Source: Hemiscyllium ocellatum (Eukaryota). Taken from it: a stretch of 64,000 nt of DNA. The notes under the pieces were generated by a model that was given only the letters and a program-made list of their open reading frames with translations, made no database searches and was not told the DNA's origin. Below are positions 40,470 to 52,850 of this stretch, one piece after another; position 1 is the stretch's first letter, and every line of letters begins with the position of its first letter. The stretch is taken from contig NW_026867603.1 in NCBI RefSeq assembly GCF_020745735.1, positions 1,860,001-1,924,000 on the forward strand. The letters run 5' to 3'. A program made the translations under genes and the position numbers.

Positions 40470-40745
40470 TTTGTGCTATCAGGTAGTTCGGTTTATTTTA
40501 ACTCTCTGAAAGGTGCAGTACACTCTCATCTTCTAAACACTGATGCAAGGAGGAATTTCTTCACTCGGAGGATGGCAATGCTTGAGGTAGCTCTACCTGG
40601 GATAGGTAGTTTCAAGTCAGACGTTGATACATTTATGGATATTAAGGGATATTTAGATGGTGCAGCAAGTTTGCTTTGTGGTAGATAATCATCTGTGATC
40701 ATGTTAAATGGCGGAATGGCCTTGTGACACAAATAGCCTCCTCCT
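40470..40745 (+). mobile_element. CR1-like LINE 3' end
   Basis: 'gcaaggaggaatttcttcactcggagg' and 3' UTR motif 'atgttaaatggcgg...atggcc...ctcctc'. Confidence 0.7.
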
Positions 40746-42374
40746 CTCCCCTTATTTCCTTTTCTTCAGAAACGGGTTTGAGTTAAAGCATCACAAAGGC
40801 ACGGCGTTCAAAGCCAAATTTGTATTTTCAGGATTCAATATTAGAAGATGCAGAGTGGAAAGCATTGACAATATGAAAATAAGAGCTAGTGAGGAACTCC
40901 TGCTCAGCAGCTGCGAGAATGTTTTGGGGATATTATTAAGAATTATTATGTCAGTTCTCTCACTGTTTTCTGAGACAAGTATGCCACATAAATCTGTGAC
41001 GTGGTTGACTTTCTCAGACCTTTCAATGGTTCACTGTCCAACAGTTGCACAGTGAGGGAGATCAGAGCACATGAATATTGCGTCAAGATTCCACACTCAC
41101 ACACACCAATGTCCCACTGCCTATGTCAGCAGAGACTATAGCTTCAGTCACTGTCTTCCCGCCAATCCTTGAGAAAGAAGATCCTTCCAACTCGGACCAA
41201 GCCGCTCAATATACCGAAAACAGACTAAAAAAACACAAGGAGATTATATCCCACTCACGAATCCTCAGAGTGGCATTGAAATAATCCCCGAGCGAGGCAG
41301 TCACAAATAAATTCACAACACCTCCTTAAACATTTCAACAGCAAAATACCTTCATTTTGTGCAAACGGTGGCGCCTGCAAATCTGAAAACGAGCTCCACC
41401 GAATTTGTGTCAGCCAGTGACTTGTTTCATATCGTTATTCTCATGACTGTAATTTAGTTGGTGTTCGATATCGAAGTCAATCTGATTACAGAATACCCCA
41501 TGATGGCTGAATGGTTGAGGAGATTTATTCAGAGGTCTATTGGGAATTCACCATACTGACTACCGTTGGATCAGGACAGTTATAGGATAGCTTTGTCCCT
41601 TTGGGACAGGGAAGAGGCGGGAGTTGTTTTCACTTAACATGATGGGAATCTGAATCTTTCTCCATCTCTGTATTGTCGAGGGCGAAACCTTCACAAGTTT
41701 GTAGAAATATTTCAATGTGAGATGTGATGCCACGTTAGACAAAGCGGAAGGCCAGGTCCTTGAAGATCTGATTTGCAAATCTGGTAGAGAAGACAAGGCT
41801 GGCCTTACGAATCCACTGACACTTTGGCTCAAATTACCTGCTGTGTTTTTTGAGATATTTCTTCTTTTTGTTGGTTTCCAGCATCCACAGTTCATTTGGA
41901 TTTACTTAATAAATAGGCAGGTGTTTACTTTTGGCTGGAGGGACAAAGGGTACATTTTGTGCTATGGACCTCTGTAAACAACTGTGGTGAACTGCTGAAC
42001 TATTTGGGGCATAACACGGACACGGAAGTACCTGTCTGTTGCCTTGCTTTTCTGTAGCCTGGCTGTGGTCATGTCCGAAGGACGTTGCATTCTGAATAGA
42101 GCTGGCAAACTGTATCGAGAGGTGAAGATGATGCGTCTCTCAGCGCGGGTTTACATCACACCGATTCTACCCTGACGGTTTTTGACATGATTCAGTTCCC
42201 TGCAGAAATAAATGTCGAAAATCAGGAGGACAAAATCGAACCCAACATTCTAAATTGTTGTATTTGCGGTGAATCGTGAAGAGTCAGGAAATGTAAATCA
42301 TAGAATGGGATAATAATGATCCAATTTGTGAGATCCTTGTTTTCTGGGGATTCGGCTCTCCTGTGAACTCGATT

Positions 42375-43520
42375 TGAAAACTGTGGTGCTGGAAAAACAC
42401 AGCAGACCAGGCAGCCTCCGAGGAGCAACAGAATCGACGTTTCAGAATAAGCCCTTCTTCAGGAATGAGGCTTGTGTGCCAAGCGGGCTGAGATAAAAGG
42501 TAGGGGGAGGGAATTTGGGGATGGGCGCTGGGAATACGACAGACGGGAGGAAGAGAGAATGAGGATGATAAGCTGGAGAGGGATTGGGGCGGAGAGGTCG
42601 GGAAGAAGATTGCAGGTCAAGAGGACGGTGCTGAATTCGAGGGTTGGGACTGAGATAAGGGGGGTGAGGGGAAATGTGGACTCTGGAGAAATCCACATTC
42701 ATCGCGTGGGGTTCGAGGATTCCTAGGCAGAAGATGAGGCGCTCTTCCTCCAGGCGTTGTGTGGTCAGGGTCTGGTGATGGAGGAGGCCAAGGACCTGCA
42801 TGTCATTGACGGAGTGGGAGGGGGAGTTAAAGTGTTCAGCCACGGGACGGTTGGTTTGGTTGGTGCCGGTGTCCCAGAGGTGTTCCCTGAAACGTTTCAC
42901 AAGTATATAAGTAGGCCTCCTCGATACTGGGGAGACAGGCCGCCTACTTGTGGAACGCTTCAGGGAATACCTCTGGGACACCTGCACCAACCAACCCAAC
43001 CACCCCGTGGCTGAACACTTTAACTCTCCCTCCTACTCCTCCAATAACATACAGATCCTTGGCCTCCTCCATCGCCAGACCCAAACCACACGACGCCTGG
43101 AGGAAGAACACCTCTTCTTCCACCTAGAAACCCTCCAACCACACGGGATGAACTCAAATTTCTCCAGCTTCGTCATTTCCCCTCCCCCACCTTTTCTCAT
43201 TCCCAACCTTCGGATTCAGCACTGCCCTCCTGACCTGCAATCTTCTTCCCGACCTCTCTGCCCGCACCGCCTCTCCTGCCTATCATCCTCACCAGCACCT
43301 CCTTCCACCTATCGTATTCCCAGCGCTCCTCCAAAAAATTCCCTCCCCCTACCTTTTATCTCAGCCCGCTTGACACACCATCCTCATTCCTGAAGAAGGG
43401 CTTATGCCTGAAACTTCGATTCTTCTGCTCCTCGGATGCTGCCTGGCCTGCTGTGATTTTCCAGCACCACATTTTTCAGCTCTGGTACTCCAGCATCTGC
43501 AGTCCTCACTTTCTCCTGTG
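42375..43520. mobile_element. Two 5'-truncated Penelope-like elements joined head-to-head (minus 42375-42915, plus 42915-43520)
   Basis: Both encode the GIY-YIG C-terminal half (RFREHLWDT..NQ.N.PVAEHFNSPSH...RLEEE.L.F.L..L.PHGMN); degenerate hammerhead motifs at 42431-42466 (-) and 43386-43423 (+). Confidence 0.88.
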
Positions 43521-44181
43521 AACTCGGACAAACTAATGAGATTCTCTTTCATGAGGGTGCATGAACATACTTATACCAACTCAACCTTCCTTCGCATTTC
43601 ATTATTCATCTGAATGAAAAAATTCAGAAGAGGATATTCTGCAAGATATTTTGTCTCTTTCTACTTCTCTTACAGAAATGACATTTGTGTATTGCATCGA
43701 ATATTAAATGAATTTTCCCAATGCGTTTATCAAGAATAAGCTCAATTTCAGATTACTGAAACAAAAGATGCTGTTATGTCATTTGGAAACAATAGAAACG
43801 TAATCTCTGTTTTTCGTGGTGGTCGTGGTGATGTTTTGACAGTTAGGATTGAGCTTGATTCCCATTTGAGGGAGGAATGTTTATCACACATTTACTAAAT
43901 GAACCCCGCTATTTGCTGAAGCACACAAGATTCTCAAAGGCTTTAAAAGTTTGGATGTGCAAAACTGTTCCTCCCCTTCTGCTACAGTCTTCAACCAGAT
44001 GGCAGAATAAGAGTTGCACATTACATAGAGAGTTGAGGGCAAATTAATTCTATTCTTGAATCTGAGATTTTCCTTACCGGAGAGGACTGTCGAGGCTGGA
44101 TCATTAGGTACATACAAGGATGCAGTCGACAGATTTTTAATCGGCAGAGAACTAAATGCTCATCGTGAAATGCAGGTCGAA

Positions 44182-44253
44182 CCCCGCAGTGGCTTAGCGG
44201 TTTGGGTTCGACCTTTTCATCACAGAGGCCAGGGTTTGAATCCTGTTTAATGA
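44182..44253 (+). pseudogene. tRNA-Glu(TTC)-like pseudogene
   Basis: GTGGCTTAGCGGTT (D-arm/A-box), CTTTTCA anticodon loop, AGGCCAGGGTTTGAATCC (T-arm/B-box) resemble eukaryotic tRNA-Glu; stems mismatched. Confidence 0.55.
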
Positions 44254-44719
44254 AAGCTATTTTCATAAGTGCTGCTGATGCATCATAATGATAGCATTTC
44301 GAGCTGATTTCCAGAATATGAAAATAAGCTCTGGAGTCCTTAGATGAATTCATGTCAACCCAAACGTGTTCATCTAACGATAAAAGAATTGTGGTTGCTC
44401 GAAATCTGAAACGCAAAGCAAATCACTGGCGTTTATCAGCTGAAAACGGCAGCAATTATGCAAAGGAAAAATAGGTAAAATTTTAGGTTCAGTGTCCCTT
44501 CTTCAGATCTAGCTTAGTTTTGCAGCTCTGCATCAAAACGGCTGGGGTGAAAAATGGAGTTTTTCTGGCATATTTGAATTTTTAAAACACAAACTCAGCT
44601 TTACTGTTGAAGCCTCTTTTAAACGGTACCATCTCCCAGTAATACTGTTGATATCCAATTTTACAGACCTCAAGCGTCTCTAATCCAAAACACAGAGTGG
44701 AAACAGTCCGCAGTGCTGG

Positions 44720-47700
44720 AAATCAGTAGTACCTGTAAGGAGATTGGTTCGAGAGCTGTGATAGACTGTGATGCGGGAGGAACTTAACACCTGATAACCA
44801 GAGGGACTCGGGACTGCGACGACAGCTTGAAACAGTGCGAGTGTTTAAAGGGAGGTATTCTGTTATACAGCCCGAGGTGGGAGATGATCTGAATTCTGGA
44901 AAACACAATGGGAGTGGTAAGATCCTGAAAATAGCAGGCGTACATGCAGGATAGGGGTAGGTATCTCAGAGATCGAAAGTTGTCCGACATAATATACATC
45001 TGAGAGTTGAATAATAGCATGATGCGACAGCTGAAAAACGGGGTGAGCCGTAAACTCTTTGAGATGTCAAAACTCCCACACGAGGGAGATGTCTGAGAAT
45101 CTCAAAAGCAGTGTTTCAGGCTAACTGTATGTGAGCCGGAAAATAATGAGAATGGAAAGCTACAAGAGAGTGGTGAGTTTCAAAAGCCGCGTGGGAATAG
45201 ATCCAAGAACTGCAAACCAGCAAGTGAGTTTGGAAAACAACCCGAGAGATGAGTAGTGTCAGCGCTAGATTCCTCCACAAGATTGTAGTGTTCTGACAGT
45301 TTGAAGCTTGGCGATAATGTGATTGGCCTGTGAGCTAGAAAGGAGCAAGATAGATGAGTCCAGCAGCCATTCTGCTGAAGTTCAGCACAAACTTCTTGGT
45401 AAAATCCAATCAATCCCAGGAACTGGAGTAATACTTTTCTCTTCCTCGGTGTGGGAAATTCCCCATTTACTTTTGTTGCCACATCTCGTGGGTGCATTCG
45501 TCCACGTCTAATAACACGGCCCAAGAAAGTGACATTGGCTTTGGCAAATTCACTTTAGCTAGGTTTACCACAGAGCCTGCTTCCCGATGTCAATCAAACA
45601 AGTCTGAAAAATGCTGTAAATGTTCCTTCCATGAGTGACTAACCAATCACCAGGTCTTCAATATATGCCACACAGTTGGGTAATCGGGAAACTACCTTAT
45701 TAGTCTGACTCCGAGAAATGGCTGGAGAATTTTATCGCACCAAATGGCATGACTTCGAACTGATATTGTTCACTTACCTTTGCAAAAACAGAAATTGCCT
45801 TTCCACTCTTTAATAGAAGAACTTGCACAGTCGCTTCTGAGCTAGTTCAGCTGCAAAATGTAAGTCGTATGTCCCACTATCTCGACAAAGTCCTACAAAT
45901 GTGAATTGGATGTGCATCAGTCTTTGTAACAGCGTTGACTTTGCGATAGTCCACACATAACTCTTGGGTACCATCTGGCTTTGGCAACATGACTATAGGT
46001 GAGCTCCAGCCACGATAATGACAACGATTATGCCATCTTGTAGCATGTGCTCAATCTCCTGCTGAAGCTGTGCCAACTTTAGAGGGTTATGTTGATAAGA
46101 ATGCTGCTTAATTGGAACAGAATCATCTTCCATGCACATTTAGCTTAGTATTTCCTAATTTATTTCCACATATCTCCCCATGTGATAGCAATGCCTTTTT
46201 CAGGACATTTCGATTTCCTTGTGGAAGATAACTTAATAATTTGTCACACATTTGGACCACGTCCTTACTATCCAATTTTATTTGAACTTTGTTCAACTAT
46301 GAACTTAGTTATTCCTGTGCTGGAATGACTAATACCTTCTCTTCTTGCTTTCCTTTCCGATCAAGATCAGCATATTCTCATGACGCTCTCTGTTGGATTT
46401 CATCCTGTCTGGAGTCTTCATCAAGTTGTTCACTTCACACAATACCCTCTCGATTTGATAAGGTTGACTTAACTTTGCTTTTAAAGGATCACTTGTTCCA
46501 GGAATTGACAGAAATACCTTATCCCAATATGCAACATTGCATATTGCATGTGGGCGGCACGGTGGCACAGTGGTTAGCACTGCTGCCTCACAGCGCCTGA
46601 GACCCAGGTTCATTTCCCAACTCAGGCGACTGACTGTGTGGAGATTGCACGTTCTCCCCGTGTCAGCGTGGGTTTCCTCCGGGTGCTCCAATTTCCTCCC
46701 ACAGTCCAAAGATGTGCGGGTCAGGTGAATTGGCCATGCTAAATTGCCCCTAGTGTTAGGTAAGTGGTAAATGTAGGGGCATGGGTAGGTTTCGCTTCGG
46801 CGGGTCGGTATGGACTTTTTGGGCTGAAGGGCCTGTTTCCACACTGTAAGTCTAATCTAATCTAATCTAAAAATTGCGAATTTCTGATTTGTTATGCGCT
46901 TCCTGTTTCAATGCATGCTGTAATATGTTTTAAATGCTGCCTCGCAAATTCTCTAGCTCTATTTAATCGTTTTTTGTAAAAAAAAATTGACAATAAACCA
47001 AATGGGTGATTTCCAAATTCTGCATGTTTAATTTTTCCTTAATCAATGTTAATATTCTTTTACTTCGTGCCTCAAAATGAATTCAAATGTATTGCATTTG
47101 GTCACTTTATTTGGTACATCTCAGATCTCAAAAAAGGCAAACAGTACTTCCTTTTCCCAATCATCTGGATAATCATGACCATAAGTCCATTACATGTTAT
47201 TTAGTGTTTTATTCCATGTCTTTCGCCCTCCCTGCGATTCTGATTGGTGCACACTGGATTTGAGTTGCTTTATTCCCAAGTAATCCATAACCTCTTTGTA
47301 GAGTTTAGGTATGAAAAGTTGATCTTTGACCTGACTGGAACTCTATTTGTAGTCCACGTCTAGTTAAAATAACTAAGCAATTATTCTCCAGCCCTTTTAG
47401 CTGTGATGTTGCATAATGAGTTTGCCTCTGGATATCTAGTTGCCTCTTCAGTTACCTGCATCTGCACTGGCTTTTCAACTTGAATAGCTAGCAAACCGAC
47501 AAGTGAATCTGCTTTATTATTTGCAAGGACAAATTGCATTCCTGGAGTTGAGAGGTAGCCCAATACTCTAACACAAATTCTCCATGATTCTCTGGAATCT
47601 CGAGCCTCAGTTTACATAATTGAGTACTTCTTTAATTTCACATGATTTTCCGTTGACAGTACCTTTTCTGGCAATAGTCTCTGAGGAGTACATATCTCCT

Positions 47701-47720
47701 CATCATTAAGCCTTCAGGCA
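44720..47720 (-). mobile_element. Ty3/gypsy LTR retrotransposon pol fragment with IN-RT-RH order (Gmr1-like)
   Basis: Minus strand in order: IN core ATRYPEANSLCNITAKR (~47450), YPDDWEK, GPY/F-like DPLKAKLSQPYQIER (~46460), RT PDGTQELCVDYRKVNAVTKTDAHPI (~45950), FPTPRKRKVLLQFLGLIGFY (~45420), RNase H remnant. Confidence 0.85.
46552..46870 (+). mobile_element. tRNA-derived SINE (HE1-like) inserted in the gypsy integrase
   Basis: Well-preserved head; tail 'gaagggcctgtttccacactgtaag' followed by (tctaa)n. Confidence 0.9.
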
Positions 47721-48000
47721 AATGCGAGGTGAGCATTTTGGAAAGTCTAAATCTAGACCGAATTATACAGTCAACGGAATAGCCTTGGGGAAAGTTGATG
47801 AGCAGAGAGATCTGGGAATTCAGATCCGTTGGACGCTGATGGTTGCTGCACAGGTGGGTAGAGTGGTCCAGAAGGCATATGGCATGCGTTTCTTCAACAG
47901 ACGGGGTTTTGAGAATAAGAGCTGGCAAGTAATGTTAAAATTGTACAAGGCTTGGTTCGGCTTCATTTAGAATACCGTGTACAGTTTTAGTCGCAAATGT
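47720..48000 (+). mobile_element. CR1-like LINE fragment
   Basis: LGKVDEQRDLGIQI...QKAYGM...VMLKLYK, CR1 ORF2 C-terminal motif. Confidence 0.8.
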
Positions 48001-48952
48001 GTTGCTGGTCAAAGCACAGCAGGCCAGGCAGCATCTCAGGAATAGAGAATTCGACGTTTCGAGCATAAGCCCTTCATCAGGAATAAGAGAGAGTAGCCAA
48101 GCAGGCTAAGATAAATGGTAGGGAGGAGGGACTAGGGGGAGGGGCGATGGAGGTGGGATAGGTGGAAGGAGGTCAAGGTGAGGGTGATAGGCCGGAGTGG
48201 GGTGGGGGCGGAGAGGTCAGGAAGAGGATTGCAGGTTAGGAGGGCGGTGCTGAGTTGAGGGAACCGACTGAGACAAGGTGGGGGGAGGGGAAATGAGGAA
48301 ACTGGAGAAATCTGAATTCATACCTTGTGGTTGGAGGGTTCCCAGGCGGAAGATGAGGCGCTCCTCCTCCAGCCGTCGTGTTGTTATGTTCTGCCGGTGG
48401 AGGAGTCCAAGGACCTGCATGTCCTCGGTGGAGTGGGAGGGAGAGTTAAAGTGTTGAGCCACGGGGTGATTGGGTTGGTTGGTTCGGGCGGCCCGGAGGT
48501 GTTCTCTGAAGCGTTCCGCAAGTAAGCGGCCTGAATCACCAATATAGAGGAGGCCACATCGGTTGCAGCGGATGCAATAGATGATGTGTGGAGGTACAGG
48601 TGAAATTGTGGCGGATATGGAAGGATCCCTTGGGGCCTTGGAGGGAAGTGAGTGTGGAGGTGTGGGCGCAAGTTTTACATTTCCTGCGGTTGCAGGGGAA
48701 GGTGCTGGGGGTGGAGGTTGGGTTGGTGGGGGGTGTGGATGTGACGAGGGAGTCACGAAGGGAGTGGTCCTTGCGGAACGCTGATAGGGGAGGGGAGGGA
48801 AATATATCCCTGGTGGTGGGGTCCGTTTGGAGGTGGCGGAAATGGCGGCGGATGATACGTTGTATGCGGAGGTTGGTGGGGTGGTAGGTGAGAACCAGTG
48901 GGGTTCTGTCTTGGTGGCGGTTGGAGGAGCGGGGCTCAAGGGCGGAGGAGCG
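47995..48952 (-). mobile_element. Penelope-like element, 5'-truncated, with RT-EN linker and GIY-YIG endonuclease
   Basis: DRTPLVLTYHP...CNRRKCKTC...FTCTS then (one frameshift ~48610) IIYCIRCNRCGLLYIGDSGR...RFREHL...PVAQHFN...RRLEEERLIFRLGTLQPQGMN. Confidence 0.92.
48049..48084 (-). ncRNA. Minimal type I hammerhead ribozyme motif (family A), best-preserved copy
   Basis: Reverse strand ATTC-CTGATGA-A-GGGC-TTAT-GCTC-GAAA-C-GTC-GAAT: perfect 4-bp stem I, 4-bp stem II (one G-U), intact core. Confidence 0.82.
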
Positions 48953-49420
48953 GGACATGCAGGTCCTTGGACTCCTCCATCGCCAGATCATAGAAACACG
49001 ACGGCTGGAGGAAGAGTGCCTCATCTTCCGCTTAGGAATCCTCCAACCACAAGGGACGAACTCCGATTTCTCCAGTTTCCTCATTTCCCCTACCTACACC
49101 TTGTCTCCGTCCCAACCCTCGAACTCAGCACCACCTTCCGAAACTGCAATATTCTTCTTGACATCTCCGCACCCACCCCCACTCCGGCCTATACCCTCAC
49201 CTTAACCTCCTTTCTCCTATCGCAATTCCAACGCCCCTCGCCCAAGTCCCTCCCCCTACCTTTTATCTTAGCCTGCTGGACACACTTTCCTCATTCCTGA
49301 AGAAGGGCTTACGCCCGAAATGTCGATTCTCCTGCTCCTTGGATGCTGCCTGACCTGCTGCGCTTTTCCAGCAACACATTTTCAGCTCTGATCTCCAGCA
49401 TCTGCAGTCCTCACTTTCTG
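48953..49420 (+). mobile_element. Penelope-like 3' fragment, head-to-head with 47995-48952, with hammerhead motif at 49293-49328
   Basis: DMQVLGLLHRQ...RRLEEECLIFRLG; ATTC-CTGAAGA-A-GGGC-TTAC-GCCC-GAAA-T-GTC-GATT. Confidence 0.88.
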
Positions 49421-50880
49421 CTTACAGTACCCCACTCGTAAATGAAATGGACACTCTCTTTCTTCTTTCTGCCAGCCAATTTCTGGTCCAAACTGATAAA
49501 CCACTCTCAATGCCACGCCTCCGTATTTTGTGCAATAGTCTGCCGTGGGGAAACTTGTCAAACGCCTTTCTGAAATCAGTTTCCACCACATCAACGCTTT
49601 GCACTCATTCAACTGTTTAGTCACTTTCTCAAAGATCTGACTAAGATTTTTGAAGTATGACTACCGTTGAGAAAACCGTGTTGACTGTCTCTAATTAACT
49701 TATTTCTTTCCAGATGATTATGTCTCTTATAACCCTTTTCAAGACTACCCACAGCTAAATTACCAGTGTTGTCGCTACTCCCCTTATTGAACAAGGGAAC
49801 AACATCTGCGATCCTTCAGTCTTCTGGCACGATTCCTGCAGATAATGATGACATAAAGGTCAACGTCAAAGGCTCAACACTCATCTCCCTGGCTTCCCAG
49901 CGAATCTGCAGATTAATCCTGTCTGGGCCACCGGACCTATGTATTTTTACACTTCCCAGAAATGCAGATACCTCTTCTTTGTGAACTTAATTCCCATCTC
50001 CTGTAGTAGCTTGCTTTTCAGTATTCTCCTTGACAACGTTCTCTTTTTCTAGTGTGAGCACTGCCGAAACGCGTTCACATTAGAAACATTAGTGATTCCC
50101 CTATCTCCTCAAACTCTCCGCTCAACTTGCCACTATTACCCTGATTGGCCCCAATCTTAGGCGAAAATGAGGACTGCAGACGTTGGAGATTGGAGACTCG
50201 ATTAGAGTACTGCTGAAAAAGCACAGCAGTTCAGGCAGAATCCAGAGGCCATTCGTGAGAAGGCTTCCAAACAGAAACGTCAATTTTCGTGCTTCTCTGA
50301 TGCTCACTGACCTGCTGTGCTTTTCCAGCACCACTCTGAGATAATTGGTGCTAATCTTACTTGAGGCATTCTTATATTCCTGATATACTTAAAGAAAGTC
50401 GAAGGGATTTCCTTGATCATATCCTCCACCGACGTTTAATCTAGTCCGGCTCTTCATGCTCACTGTTTAGGACTTTCCTTGGTAAATTGGAACACTGAAG
50501 CGCTCTTACTGAGCCATGTCATCTCATCCGAACATAAGCCTTCTTCTTCAGTAAGTCCGAGCTCCCATGCTCCACAGCATTCTCCCTGCCTGACCAGTCC
50601 ATAGTTATCAAGGATCCAAAGTAGCTGTTCCTTGAATCAGCTACAAATTCCAATTCTGCCCAACCACTTCAGTTTCCGTCCCCATCCTATGCATTGTAGA
50701 TCTTGCCTATTTGCATCGAAATTTCCTTTCCCCCAGCAATATTTCATGCCCTTCGGTATATTCGTATTCCATTCCATCCTGAAAGCAAACGTAACCGAAT
50801 TGTGGTCACTATCACACACAGTGCTCACCTACCTCCACATCTAAAACCTGGTCGAATTTATTGCCCAGTACCAAATCTGA
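49420..50880 (-). mobile_element. CR1-like LINE fragments, interrupted at ~50162-50340
   Basis: VDVVETDFRKAFDKFPHGRLLHK RT motif; endonuclease-end remnant DSDHNSVTF. Confidence 0.8.
50162..50340. mobile_element. Degenerate head-to-head Penelope-end pair
   Basis: 'gaggactgcaga...' left arm and '...gacctgctgtgcttttccagc' right arm; residual 'gaaacgtc' at ~50274. Confidence 0.6.
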
Positions 50881-50954
50881 TGCGTATCACAATCAAAATA
50901 CAACTGGATATTGAACATGCAAGGAAAGAGCATGTTTCACAGTGAATTGAATCC

Positions 50955-52850
50955 TGACATGAGTTCTGTGTGTCGAGAACCAGCTGGCCTGTCGAGACAC
51001 AAATCATGCTGGGAGATGCCATTGGAATGTGGGGACTGTGGGAAGGAATTCAACGAACAGTCTGAGCTGGAAGTTCTCTGACACAAGTCACACTGAGAAA
51101 CGTGGCGATTGCGGTGAAGGATTGACATCCTTGCCTGAGCTGGATATCCATCAGGCACAGTTACAGTGGGGAGCGAACATTCACATGTTCCTGGTTTGGG
51201 AAAGAATTCATTCGATCTTCTTATTTCGCGACCCACCAGTGACTTCAGACTGATGTTTCAAAAGGACAGAGCACAGGAGGTGCCATTAACGTTGTGCAAA
51301 CCTGTTGGCCACAAACATGTTCAAGAAGGGGAGTAGAAACAATCCAGGTAATCATAGGCTAGTGAGCCTTACTTCCGTTGTTGGTAAAGTGTTTGAAAAG
51401 GCTATAATAGATAGGACTTTCAACGATCTATAAAAAAAGTCTGATTAGGGATAGTCATCAAAGTTTTGTAAAGGTAGGTCGTGCCTCACAAACCTTACTG
51501 AGTTCTTTGAGAAGGTGACCAAAGGGGTAGATGAGGCTAAACCGGTTGACGTAGTGTATATGGATTTCCGCAAGGCGTTCGTTAAGTTTCCCCACAGTAG
51601 GCTATGCACAAAACGTGGAGGTAGGGGATTGTGGGAGATATAGCAGTTTGTATCAGTAATTGGCTTGTTGAAAGAAGACAGAGTATGGTTCTTGATGGGA
51701 AATGTTCATCCTGGAGTCCAGATACCAGTGGTGTACCGCAACGGTCGGTGTTGGATCCACTGCTCTCGTCATTTTTATAAATGACGTGGATGAGGGCGTA
51801 GAAGGGTGGGTTAGTAAATTTGCGGACGACACGAAGGTCGGTAGAGTTGTGGATAATGACGAAGGATGTTGTAGGTTACAGTGTGACATAGATAAGCTGC
51901 AGAGCTAGGCTGAGACGTGGCAAATGTGTTCAATGATGACAAGTGTGAGGTGATTCACTTTGATCGGAATAACCAGAATGCAAAGTACTGGGGACTAATG
52001 ATACACTTCTTGACAGTGTAGATGAGTAGAGAGATCTCAGTGCCCAGGTACACAGATCCTTGAAAGTTACCACCCACTTTGGCCGGGTTTTTAAGGAGGC
52101 ATACGTTTTATTTTTTTTACCTTTTATTAAGAGAGGGATCGAGTTCCGGAGCCATGAGGTTATACTATAGCTGTACAAAATTTTGGTGCAGCCGTACTTG
52201 GTGAATTGTGTACAGTTCTGGTCACCGCATGAAAAGAAGGATGTGGAAGCTTTGGAAAGGGTGCAGAGGAGATTTACTAGGATGTTGCCTGGAATGGAGG
52301 GAAGGCCTTACGAGGAAAGGCTGAGGGACTTGAGGCTGTTTTCGTTAGAGAGAACACTGTTGAGAGGTGACTGATAGAGCCAAATAAGATAATAAGAGAG
52401 TTAGATCGTGTGGACAGGGAGACCCTTTTTCTAAGTATGGTGGCAGCGAGCACGAGGGTGTCAGGACAGATCTTAGAGGTATTTACTTTACTCAGAGAGT
52501 AGTGAGGGTATGGAATGCTTTGCCTGCAACAGTAGTAGATTCGCCAACTTAAAGTAATTTGAAGTCGTAATTGGACAAAGATATGGATGTACATGGAATT
52601 ACGTAGGTTCGATGGGCTTCAGATTGGTAAGACAGGTCGGCGCAACGTCGAGGGCCGAATGGCCTGTACTGCGCTGTCATGCTCTATGTTCAGATTAAGG
52701 AGAGATCTGTCAGATTCTGTTGTTGTTGGAAAAGGTTGAATTAATCAACAGAAGACACTGCACACCAGAGAATTCACACTGGGGAGAAGCCATTCACCTG
52801 CAGTGTGTGGAAATTGATTCACTCAGAAAACCTGCATGCAGTATCACCAT
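50955..52850 (+). pseudogene. C2H2 zinc-finger remnant split by a CR1 insertion (51260-52690)
   Basis: LECGDCGKEFNEQSELEV (51020-51075) and QRIHTGEKPFTCSVCG (52765-52812); stops and frameshifts. Confidence 0.7.
51260..52690 (+). mobile_element. CR1-like LINE 3' half
   Basis: YMDFRKAF, FADDTK, VQPYLVNCVQFWSPH...LERVQRRFTRMLPG; 3' UTR 'gagggccgaatggcctgtactgcgctgt'. Confidence 0.9.

Noticed and set aside
43808-43875. Second tRNA-like remnant (Val/Asp-like)
   Set aside because: Only scattered box-like words; no cloverleaf could be built.
48217-48939. 240-aa ORF as a host gene
   Set aside because: It is a frameshifted Penelope fragment; the Pro-rich first half is the wrong frame of the linker.
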